Shown piece by piece: positions 38,493 to 46,491 of a DNA stretch of 64,000 nt (the stretch's first letter is position 1; the number at the start of each line of letters is the position of its first letter). The translations under genes were made by a program, and so were the position numbers. The notes under the pieces were generated by a model. The model was not told the origin of the DNA. It did no database searches and worked only from the letters and a program-made list of their open reading frames with translations. This stretch comes from Gammaproteobacteria bacterium. Lineage in GTDB: Bacteria; Pseudomonadota; Gammaproteobacteria; Ga0077536. Location: assembly GCA_020845935.1 (NCBI GenBank), contig JADLEV010000048.1, positions 24,620 through 88,619 on the forward strand, read 5' to 3'.

Positions 38493-40414
38493 TGGCTGAC
38501 CACCTGCTCGCGCTGCCGTCCGGCTTCGAACTGCATGAGTACCAACTGCTGCGGCTGCTCGGCTCGGGCGGCTTCGGCATCACCTACCTCGCCTACGACA
38601 CCAACCTGAGCAAGCCGGTCGCGATCAAGGAATACCTGCCGATCGATCTCGCGGTGCGCCAGGACGGCACCACGGTCGTGCCGAAATCCGAAGCCGACCA
38701 GCCGAGTTATGCCTGGGGCCTGGAGCGCTTTCTCGACGAGGCCCGCACGCTGGCGCGCTTCAAGCACCCGAACATCATTCAGGTGCATCGCTACTTTCAG
38801 GCGCACGGGACCGGTTACATCGTGATGGAGTTCGCCGAAGGCGAGACGCTGGCGGCGCACATCAAGCGCAACGGGCCGATGACCGAAGCGGCGGTCAAGG
38901 CGATCCTGTTGCCGATCCTCGACGGCCTGGTCGAGGTGCACGGCAACAACTTCCTGCACCGCGACATCAAGCCCGGCAACATCATCATCCGCAAGAATGG
39001 CACGCCGGTACTGCTCGACTTCAGCGCCGCGCGCCAGGCGGTCGGCGCCAAGAGCCGCTCGGTGACCGCGATCGTGACACCGGGCTATGCACCGATCGAG
39101 CAGTATTCCAGCAAGGGGCGGCAGGGTCCCTGGACCGACATCTATGCGCTCGGCGCGGTCGCGTACTGCTGCATTTCCGGCAACCCGCCGCCGGACGCCG
39201 CCGATCGCATCCTCGAGGACACGCTGTCGCCGCTGTCGCAGCAGCGCATTTCCGGCTACTCGCGGCCGTTTCTGGAAGCGATTGATGTCGCGCTCGCGGT
39301 CCGGGAAAAGGATCGGCCCGCGGACATCGGCTCGTGGCGCACGCGTCTGACCAGCCCCGTCGCGGCGTCGCCGCAACTCGAGGAAACCGTCGCCGTCGCA
39401 GGCACCGTCGCCGTGCCCGCCGGCGACGCCACCATGCTGGCGACCAGACACGCCCGGACCGAAGTGCACGACGTCCCACTGCGGCACGAACCGCGCGAGC
39501 GGATTGCGGCGGCGCCGGAGCGAATGGCGGCCGGACGGCGCCGGTGGCCGTGGCTCGTCGTCGTCACGCTGTTGGCTGGCAGCGCCGGAGGCGGCTACTG
39601 GTGGGTGCGGGCGCATGGCAATCCGCTCGCGAGCATGCTTGCCGGCGGCGCGGCGGACAGCGGCGGCAGCACCGACCCGCGGCAACGAGCCATCGGCCTG
39701 GAGGTCGAAGTCGCCAATCTGCTCGAAGCCAGCCATGCCAGCGTGCCGTCCTTGCAGCACGAGCTCGATGGCGCCCGCGCCGAGCTCGCGCGCGTCGCGC
39801 AGCAACTCACGGCGGCCACCACCGGCAGCGCCGAGCGGGCGACGCTCGAAGCCGAACAGCAACGCTTGCAGGGACGCATGCAGCGGCTCGAGGACGAGAT
39901 TCGCCTGCTGCAGCTGTGGGTCTGGCGCAGCGAAGAACTGGCGCACGTGACGGACCGCCTCGCCGATGCGCGCGCGACGATGCAGTCCCTCGACTATGCC
40001 GGCGCCGCCGGCGTGCTCGGCGCGGCGAAGGGTGCGATCGGCCGCATGGATCAGGCGCGCCGGCAGCTCGGCGCGGCGCTCGATGCGCGCGAATCGTTCC
40101 TGCGCCTTCGCTTCGGCGTCGAGGCAACCCTCGCCAGCGAAGCCCTCGGCACGCTCGACGCCGCCGCCACGGTCGCGGTCGCGGAACGGGAAGGCGCGCA
40201 ATCGCTCGAACGCGGCGAATTCGAGGCCGCGCAACAGCGGTTCACGCAGGCCGACGGCCATGTTCGCGAGGCGGCATTGGCGCTGGTCGATCGCACCGTC
40301 GATCGGCTGAAGGCCAGCGCCGAGGCCGCGATCGATCGCCGTGACGCACCGACCGCCCGTACCGCCGTGGATCGCGCCAAGCAGCTGCTCGCGCTGCGCC
40401 AACGGTTCCAGTAG
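38492..40414 (+). CDS. transmembrane Hanks-type Ser/Thr protein kinase with helical extracytoplasmic domain
   Basis: GSGGFGITYLA, VAIKE, HRDIKPGNI and DFSAA, plus one TM helix (WPWLVVVTLLAGSAGGGYWWV). The C-terminal ~290 aa are Ala/Arg/Glu/Leu-rich and helical. Its ATG overlaps the PP2C stop (TGATG). Confidence 0.85.
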   Translation: MADHLLALPSGFELHEYQLLRLLGSGGFGITYLAYDTNLSKPVAIKEYLPIDLAVRQDGTTVVPKSEADQPSYAWGLERFLDEARTLARFKHPNIIQVHRYFQAHGTGYIVMEFAEGETLAAHIKRNGPMTEAAVKAILLPILDGLVEVHGNNFLHRDIKPGNIIIRKNGTPVLLDFSAARQAVGAKSRSVTAIVTPGYAPIEQYSSKGRQGPWTDIYALGAVAYCCISGNPPPDAADRILEDTLSPLSQQRISGYSRPFLEAIDVALAVREKDRPADIGSWRTRLTSPVAASPQLEETVAVAGTVAVPAGDATMLATRHARTEVHDVPLRHEPRERIAAAPERMAAGRRRWPWLVVVTLLAGSAGGGYWWVRAHGNPLASMLAGGAADSGGSTDPRQRAIGLEVEVANLLEASHASVPSLQHELDGARAELARVAQQLTAATTGSAERATLEAEQQRLQGRMQRLEDEIRLLQLWVWRSEELAHVTDRLADARATMQSLDYAGAAGVLGAAKGAIGRMDQARRQLGAALDARESFLRLRFGVEATLASEALGTLDAAATVAVAEREGAQSLERGEFEAAQQRFTQADGHVREAALALVDRTVDRLKASAEAAIDRRDAPTARTAVDRAKQLLALRQRFQ

Positions 40415-40416
40415 TT

Positions 40417-42150
40417 TTGCCCGTCGCCGAGTCGCACGCGATCCCCCACCTGCGTGAAGCGGTCGTCTTCCTGATCGCGGCGGGTCTCATCGTGCCGGCG
40501 CTGCATCGGCTGCGCGTCAGTCCCGTGCTTGGCTATCTGGCCATCGGCGCCCTCATCGGGCCATACGGCCTCGATCTGTTGCGCGCTGCCTGGCCGTGGC
40601 TGGGCTTTGTCGTGATCGCGGACCTGGACGGCGTGCGCCGGCTGGCGGAGCTCGGGGTCGTGTTCCTGCTGTTCATGATCGGCCTCGAACTCTCGCTGGA
40701 TCGGTTGCTCGCGCTGCGCCGGCTGGTGTTCGGTCTGGGCACCTTGCAGATCGTGCTGACCGGCGCGGTGATCGCCGCGATCGCCTGGGCCTTCGGCAAC
40801 GCCGTGCCGGCGGCGGTGGTGCTTGGTGCCTGCCTGGCGCTGTCGTCAACCGCGATCGTGATGGATCTGCTGCTGCGCCAGCGCCGCCTCGGCACGCCGC
40901 TCGGCCGCGCCAGTTTTTCGATCCTGCTGGCGCAGGATCTCGCGGTGGTGCCGATCCTGTTGCTGCTCGACGTCTACGGCAGCCACGGCGCCGCCAGCAT
41001 CGGCGCCGATTTGCTACTGGCGCTGCTGCGCGCAGTGCTCGCGATAGCGCTGATTTACGCCGCCGGCAAGTGGCTGTTGCGCCCGGTGCTGCGCGCCGTG
41101 GCGCAGACCCGCAGCCCCGAGATGTTCACCGCCTGCGTGCTGCTGGCGGTACTCGGCACCGCGGTGGCGACCGGTGCCGCCGGCCTGTCGATGGCGCTTG
41201 GGGCTTTCCTCGCCGGCTTGCTGCTCGCCGAAACGGAGTACCGCCACGAAATCCAGATCGACATCGAGCCGTTCAAGGGACTGCTGCTCGGTCTGTTCTT
41301 TCTCTCGGTCGGCATGGGCATCGATTACCGCGTCATCCTGCTCGAGCCCGCCTGGCTGCTGGCCTCGGTGGCCGGTCTGTTCGTCATCAAGGCGGTGATC
41401 ACGGCGCTGTTGGGTCGCGCCTTCGGTCTGCCGCGGCACGCCGCGATCGAAACCGGCCTGCTGCTCGGCCAGGGCGGCGAGTTCGGCTTCATCGTCGTCG
41501 GCCTGGCGATGGAATTCGGCCTGCTGCCGCAACCGGTCGGCCAGTTCATGCTGATCGTGACCAGCCTGACGATGGTGGCGACGCCCTTGGTCGCAAGCCT
41601 TGGCCATCGGCTCGCGGCCGGGCTGGAACACCGCGAGGCGCAACAGCACGCGCACCAGCTGCCGGACGAGGAACTCGAAGGCCACGTCATCATCGCCGGC
41701 TTCGGCCGGGTCGGCCGCACCGTCGCCGCGGTGCTGGAAGCGGAACAGATCCCGTACCTCGCGCTCGATCACGATGCCGCGACGGTCACCCACGGCACAC
41801 AGGACAAGCTACCGGTCTATTTCGGCGATGCCACGCGTTTCGATCTGCTGCGCCGCGCGCGCTGCGCCAGCGCCCAGGCGATCGTGATCACGCTGGACAC
41901 CGCCAGCGCCGCCGAGCAGATCATTCACGAGATCCGGCGCATCGCGCCCGAGGTGCCGATTTACGCGCGCGCCCGCGATGGCGCCCATGCCGTTGCGCTG
42001 CACCGCGCCGGTGCGGCTTTGGCGGTTCCGGAAACGATCGAGGCGAGTCTGCAACTTGCCAGCCGCGTCCTGCTCGGCGCCGGCGCCACCGAGGACGCCG
42101 CGCGCCGGCGCATCGAACACCAACGGTCGATTGATCTTAATAATCTCTGA
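40417..42150 (+). CDS. CPA2 monovalent cation:proton antiporter with C-terminal RCK/TrkA-N domain (KefB/KefC-like)
   Basis: The N-terminus LREAVVFLIAAGLIVPALHRLRVSPVLGYLAIGALIGPYGL is typical of Kef-type proteins. Rossmann motif IIAGFGRVGRTVA. The only in-frame start upstream of the first helix is the TTG at 40417, 2 nt after the kinase TAG. Confidence 0.85.
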   Translation: MPVAESHAIPHLREAVVFLIAAGLIVPALHRLRVSPVLGYLAIGALIGPYGLDLLRAAWPWLGFVVIADLDGVRRLAELGVVFLLFMIGLELSLDRLLALRRLVFGLGTLQIVLTGAVIAAIAWAFGNAVPAAVVLGACLALSSTAIVMDLLLRQRRLGTPLGRASFSILLAQDLAVVPILLLLDVYGSHGAASIGADLLLALLRAVLAIALIYAAGKWLLRPVLRAVAQTRSPEMFTACVLLAVLGTAVATGAAGLSMALGAFLAGLLLAETEYRHEIQIDIEPFKGLLLGLFFLSVGMGIDYRVILLEPAWLLASVAGLFVIKAVITALLGRAFGLPRHAAIETGLLLGQGGEFGFIVVGLAMEFGLLPQPVGQFMLIVTSLTMVATPLVASLGHRLAAGLEHREAQQHAHQLPDEELEGHVIIAGFGRVGRTVAAVLEAEQIPYLALDHDAATVTHGTQDKLPVYFGDATRFDLLRRARCASAQAIVITLDTASAAEQIIHEIRRIAPEVPIYARARDGAHAVALHRAGAALAVPETIEASLQLASRVLLGAGATEDAARRRIEHQRSIDLNNL

Positions 42151-42264
42151 ACAAGTCCCTGCTGGACTTGTGCAGAGTCGCCCGATCCGGTACCCGCCCG
42201 GACCGGCCCCGACGCAGCAAGCACTTGCGTGCTCGATGCGCGAGCGCGCCTTCCCTGGTGCGCC
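42145..42264 (+). repeat. intergenic repeat family, copy B (full length; includes hairpin overlapping the Kef-like gene's stop codon)
   Basis: Hairpin CTCTGAACAAGTCC-CTGCT-GGACTTGTGCAGAG (14 bp, 1 mismatch), then GTCGCCCGATCCGG...GCAGCAAGCACTTGCGTGCTCGATGCGCG. It fills the whole convergent spacer between the Kef-like gene and ppk. Confidence 0.7.
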
Positions 42265-42269
42265 ATCCA

Positions 42270-44345
42270 CTATTCGCTCAATTGCTGCAACAACCGCTGC
42301 TGCGCGTTGCGCGGCTTGCCGATCCCGGGCGTCACCGCCTGGTAGCCGCCGTCGGTGCGCAGCACCCAGGCGGCGGTGTTGTCCGACAGATAGTTGTGCA
42401 GGCATTCCTTGATGACGCGATCGCGCAGGCGCCGGTCCTCGATCGGAAAGCAGGTCTCGATTCGATTGAAGAAGTTCCGATCCATCCAGTCGGCGCTCGA
42501 CAGATACACCTCGGGATCGCCTCGGTTGTGGAAATAGAACACGCGGGTGTGTTCGAGGAAGCGATCGATGATCGAGCGCACGCGGATGTTTTCCGACAGA
42601 CCCTCGATGCCGGGCCGGAGCGCGCAGATGCCGCGGATGATCAAATCAATCTTGACACCGTTGCCCGAGGCCCGGTACAGGGCCTTGATCACTTCGACTT
42701 CGGTCAGCGCATTCATCTTCAAGATGATGCGCGCGGTCCTGCCGGATCCCGCGTTCGCCGCCTCGCGATTGACCAGTTCCAGCATGCGCCGGTGCAGCGT
42801 GAACGGCGAATGCAGCAGCTTCTTCAGCTTGGTCGGCCGGCGCGGCGCGGTGAGCTGCTGGAAGATCGTCTGCACATCGACGCCGATGGCATTGTCCGAG
42901 GTGAACAGCCCGTAGTCGGTGTAGGCCTTGGCGGTGCGCGGGTGATAGTTGCCGGTACCGAGATGCACATAGCGCCGCAGCATCCGCCCTTCGCGGCGCA
43001 CCACCAGCATCATCTTCGAGTGGGTCTTGTGGCCGAACACGCCATAGACGACATGCGCACCGGCCTCCTGCAACCGCGTCGCCAACTCGATGTTGGCCGC
43101 TTCATCGAAACGCGCCTTCAGCTCGACCACCACGCTCACCTCCTTGCCGGCGCGCGCCGCTTCGACCAGATGCGCCACGATCGGCGAATCGGAACCGGCG
43201 CGGTACAGCGTCTGCTTGATCACGAGTACATTCGGATCCTGTGCCGCCTGGCGCAGGAACTCGATCACCGGCAGAAACGACTGATAGGGATGATGCAACA
43301 GCAGATCGCCCCGCCGGATCACGTCGAACATGTTCTCGTTCTGCTGCAGGCGCCGGGGCCAGCCCGGCGTGAACGGCGGATATTTCAAGTCCGACCGATC
43401 GACCAGGTCCGGCACCTGCATCAGCCGCGTGATGTTGACCGGGCCGGTGCAGCGATAGACATCATCGGGCGCGAGGCGGAACTCCCGCATCAGGAAATCG
43501 ACCAGGTCCGGCGGGCATTCGGCGGCAATCTCCAGCCGCACCGCGTCACCGTAGCGACGCGACAGCAATTCGCCCTTCATCGCCCGCAGCAGGTTCTCGA
43601 CCTCTTCATCGTCGACGAACAGGTCACTGTTGCGCGTGACGCGGAACTGATAGCAGCCGGTGACGGCGAGACCCGGAAACAGATCGCCGACATGGGCGTG
43701 GATGATCGATGACAGGAACGCGAAATCGTGGCCGCCGGTGCCGCCGCTCTCGGGAATGGCGATGATGCGCGGCAGCGCGCGGGGCGCCTGGACGATGGCG
43801 ATGGTGCTGTCGCGGCCGAACGCATCCGTGCCTTGCAGCGATACCAGGAAGTTCAGACTCTTGTTCAGGATGCGCGGGAACGGATGCGACGGGTCGAGAC
43901 CGATCGGTGTCAATACCGGCACCAGCTCGCGATTGAAATAGCGGCGGATCCAGGTTTGCTGCCGCACGGTCCAGTCTTCGCGGCGGATGAAACCAATCCC
44001 TTCCTGCTCGAGCTCCGGCAGCAGCATTTCGTTGAGCACGCGGTACTGCTCGGCGACGAGGCCACGCACCGTTTCCGCGATGCGCCGCAGTTGTTCCCCG
44101 GGCGTCAGCCGATCCGGCCCGGCGCGCGCACCCTCGAAGGTCTGTTGCTCCTTCAGCCCGGCGACACGGATCTCGAAGAACTCGTCGAGATTGTTGGCAG
44201 TGATGCAGAGGAAACGCAGGCGCTCGAGCAGCGGATGGCGCCGATCCTTGGTCTGCTCCAGCACGCGACGTTCGAACTCGAGCAGCGACAGTTCGCGGTT
44301 GATGTACAGCCGCGGATCGGCAAGGTCGTGTGTTCTCTGGTCCAT
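42270..44345 (-). CDS. ppk: polyphosphate kinase 1
   Basis: 691 aa starting at the ATG at 44345. The N-terminus LYINRELSLLEFERRVLEQ is typical, and the PLD-like motif GHKTHSKMMLVVRRE is present. Confidence 0.93.
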   Translation of the reverse strand: MDQRTHDLADPRLYINRELSLLEFERRVLEQTKDRRHPLLERLRFLCITANNLDEFFEIRVAGLKEQQTFEGARAGPDRLTPGEQLRRIAETVRGLVAEQYRVLNEMLLPELEQEGIGFIRREDWTVRQQTWIRRYFNRELVPVLTPIGLDPSHPFPRILNKSLNFLVSLQGTDAFGRDSTIAIVQAPRALPRIIAIPESGGTGGHDFAFLSSIIHAHVGDLFPGLAVTGCYQFRVTRNSDLFVDDEEVENLLRAMKGELLSRRYGDAVRLEIAAECPPDLVDFLMREFRLAPDDVYRCTGPVNITRLMQVPDLVDRSDLKYPPFTPGWPRRLQQNENMFDVIRRGDLLLHHPYQSFLPVIEFLRQAAQDPNVLVIKQTLYRAGSDSPIVAHLVEAARAGKEVSVVVELKARFDEAANIELATRLQEAGAHVVYGVFGHKTHSKMMLVVRREGRMLRRYVHLGTGNYHPRTAKAYTDYGLFTSDNAIGVDVQTIFQQLTAPRRPTKLKKLLHSPFTLHRRMLELVNREAANAGSGRTARIILKMNALTEVEVIKALYRASGNGVKIDLIIRGICALRPGIEGLSENIRVRSIIDRFLEHTRVFYFHNRGDPEVYLSSADWMDRNFFNRIETCFPIEDRRLRDRVIKECLHNYLSDNTAAWVLRTDGGYQAVTPGIGKPRNAQQRLLQQLSE

Positions 44346-44521
44346 AGGTCGTGGTTTGCGTCGTCGCCACGCGCGGCGGCCGGTGATGCTAAGATGCCGC
44401 GCCGTAACGACCGGCGCCATGCAGGCGCCGACCCAGTATACCCGCCAAATGTTACCGGCAAGGGGGCATTATCAAACCTCGCAATCGCTCGCCGCGGCAG
44501 GCAGATGCCGCGGACAAGTAC

Positions 44522-45286
44522 GTGCTGTACGAACGCTCGGTGCAATGCGTCGAGGCCGAGATCGATTTCGTCGATGCAACCTATCGCGGCCTGCGCGGCC
44601 GCAATGCGCGGCTGTTGCGCGAGGATTTCTGCGGCACCGCCAACACCAGTTGTGAATGGGTGCGCCGTCGTCGCACCAATGGCGCCCTCGCCGTCGATCT
44701 CGATCCGGAGCCGCTCGGCTGGTGTCGCGATCATCACCTGCCAGAGCTGACGCCAGGGGCGCGGCGCCGCATCGAGCTGCGCCAGGCCGATGTCCGCAAG
44801 GTTCGCGGCGCGGCGCCGGACATCGTGCTGGCGATGAACTTCAGCTACTACATCTTCAAGGATCGGCGCGCGCTCGGCGGCTATTTCCGCTCGGTGCGGC
44901 GTTCGCTGGCCGAAGGGGGTGTGTTTTTCCTCGACGGCTACGGCGGCTATGACGCCTTTCGCGTGCTGGAGGAGGCGACCGATCACGGCGATTTCACCTA
45001 TGTCTGGGACCAGGCGTCCTACAACGCCGTGACCGGCGAAATGCAGTGCTACATCCATTTTCGTTTTCCGGATCGATCGCGGCTGCAACAGGCCTTCGGT
45101 TACCACTGGCGGCTGTGGACCCTGAAGGAAATCCTGGAACTGCTGGACGAAGCAGGATTCAGCCGGGTGACGACCTATTTCCAGGGTTGGGACGACGACA
45201 GCGGCGAAGCGGATGGCCACTGGACCGCCGGCGACCGGGTCGATGCCGATGCTGGCTGGCTGGTGCATCTCAGCGCGGAGAAGTGA
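44522..45286 (+). CDS. class I SAM-dependent methyltransferase (start uncertain)
   Basis: LLREDFCGTANTS...DLDPEPL...VLAMNFSYYIF fits a Rossmann methyltransferase. The track start is a GTG with a weak SD. The in-frame open stretch back to 44468 has no canonical start. Confidence 0.65.
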   Translation: MLYERSVQCVEAEIDFVDATYRGLRGRNARLLREDFCGTANTSCEWVRRRRTNGALAVDLDPEPLGWCRDHHLPELTPGARRRIELRQADVRKVRGAAPDIVLAMNFSYYIFKDRRALGGYFRSVRRSLAEGGVFFLDGYGGYDAFRVLEEATDHGDFTYVWDQASYNAVTGEMQCYIHFRFPDRSRLQQAFGYHWRLWTLKEILELLDEAGFSRVTTYFQGWDDDSGEADGHWTAGDRVDADAGWLVHLSAEK

Positions 45287-45345
45287 CCCGGCCGGCGTGA
45301 GGCCGGGCTGCCACGCCAGGCGCGCAAGTGCTTGATGCGCGAAGG
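45287..45345 (+). repeat. terminator-like hairpin plus partial copy (D) of the repeat family's 3' module
   Basis: CCCGGCC-GGCGTGA-GGCCGGG lies right after the methyltransferase stop. The following CCGGGCT...TGCTTGATGCGCG..AAGG matches the 3' part of copies A and B. Confidence 0.4.
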
Positions 45346-45369
45346 CTAGGGGACAGGAGCGTCGCGAGA

Positions 45370-45387
45370 TTGTCATCGAACTGTAAC
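45370..45387 (+). promoter_or_regulatory. Pho box upstream of pstS
   Basis: TTGTCAT-CGAA-CTGTAAC compares with the consensus CTGTCAT-AWAW-CTGTCAY. Ten nt downstream is the -10-like GATACT (45398-45403). The pstS ATG is at 45441. Confidence 0.6.
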
Positions 45388-45440
45388 AATCGGTCCGGAT
45401 ACTGCCGCCAGCCTGCCACCTGCCGCTGAGGAGAATCTCC

Positions 45441-46418
45441 ATGAAGGCCGCGATTTATCGTACCGCCTGCGCACTGACGCTGTGTCTCGCGGGCGCCGCG
45501 AACGCTCTGGACATGGTCGATCCGGCCCTGCCGGGGTACACGATCGCGAGCGGCGTGTCCGGCAATCTGTCGAGCGAGGGTTCCGATACGCTGGCCAACC
45601 TGATGACGCTGTGGGGCGAGGAGTTCAAGCGGCTCTATCCCAACGTCAACATCCAGATCCAGGCGGCCGGGTCGAGCACCGCACCACCGGCGCTGACCGA
45701 GGGGACCGCCACCTTCGGCCCGATGAGCCGGGAAATGAAGGCCAACGAAATCGAGGCGTTCGAGAAGAAGCATGGTTACAAGCCGACCGGCATTCCGGTC
45801 GCGATCGACGCTCTGGCGGTCTACGTCCACAAGGACAATCCGCTCGGCGGCCTGACCATTCCCCAGGTCGATGCCATTTTTTCCTCGACCCGCCGCTGCA
45901 ATCATCCGGCCGATGTCCGCGTCTGGGGGGATCTGGGCCTCAGCGGCGACTGGGCCAGCCGCTCGATACAACTCTACGGTCGCAATTCGGTGTCCGGCAC
46001 CTACGGTTACTTCAAGGACGAAGCGCTCTGCAAGGGCGACTTCCGCAACACCGTCAACGAGCAGCCCGGCTCCGCCTCGGTGGTGCAGGGCGTGACGAAA
46101 TCGCTGAACGGCATCGGCTACTCCGGTGTCGGTTACCGCACCTCCGGCGTGCGCGCCGTGCCGCTGGCGCGCAAGGCCGGCGAACCCCTGGTCGAGGCAA
46201 CCGCGGCCGAGGCGATTGCCGGCCGTTATCCGCTGGCCCGGTTCCTCTACGTCTACGTCAACAAGCATCCGAACCAGCCGCTGCCGCCGCTGCAGCGCGA
46301 GTTCGTCCGCATGATGTTGTCGCGCACCGGTCAGACCGTGGTCGTCAAGGATGGCTACATTCCATTGCCGGCGAAGATCGCCGCGAAGCACGTCGCGCTG
46401 GTTGCCGGCGAACGCTGA
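45441..46418 (+). CDS. pstS: phosphate ABC transporter substrate-binding protein (PstS family)
   Basis: Signal peptide, then [19 protein letters not shown] and GPMSREM motifs. First gene of the pst operon. Confidence 0.88.
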   Translation: MKAAIYRTACALTLCLAGAANALDMVDPALPGYTIASGVSGNLSSEGSDTLANLMTLWGEEFKRLYPNVNIQIQAAGSSTAPPALTEGTATFGPMSREMKANEIEAFEKKHGYKPTGIPVAIDALAVYVHKDNPLGGLTIPQVDAIFSSTRRCNHPADVRVWGDLGLSGDWASRSIQLYGRNSVSGTYGYFKDEALCKGDFRNTVNEQPGSASVVQGVTKSLNGIGYSGVGYRTSGVRAVPLARKAGEPLVEATAAEAIAGRYPLARFLYVYVNKHPNQPLPPLQREFVRMMLSRTGQTVVVKDGYIPLPAKIAAKHVALVAGER

Positions 46419-46491
46419 AGGCACCATGCGCCGCTGATTCCGGCGTCGCGCCGGGTCGGGGCCGCGTCGAATCCGGTACGATTGCCGCGCC

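Noticed and set aside
38150-40402. 750-aa minus-strand ORF
   Set aside because: It is antisense to the Ser/Thr kinase gene. No motifs, shadow ORF. The same reasoning applies to 648..2552, 2440..4305, 7297..8676, 12760..14094, 22405..24168, 26143..27813, 30583..32658, 46822..48648 and 49950..51383.
44346-44470. Pho box upstream of ppk
   Set aside because: Only a weak half-site (GGTAAC) lies near a TATACT -10-like element. It does not meet the two-heptamer pattern seen at pstS, phoB and the porin.
44468-44521. In-frame upstream extension of the methyltransferase behind a strong AAGGGGG Shine-Dalgarno-like sequence
   Set aside because: The extension contains no ATG, GTG or TTG. Only ATT or ATC lie 1-4 nt after the SD-like run, which is too close. 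The GTG at 44522 is kept and the start is flagged as uncertain.
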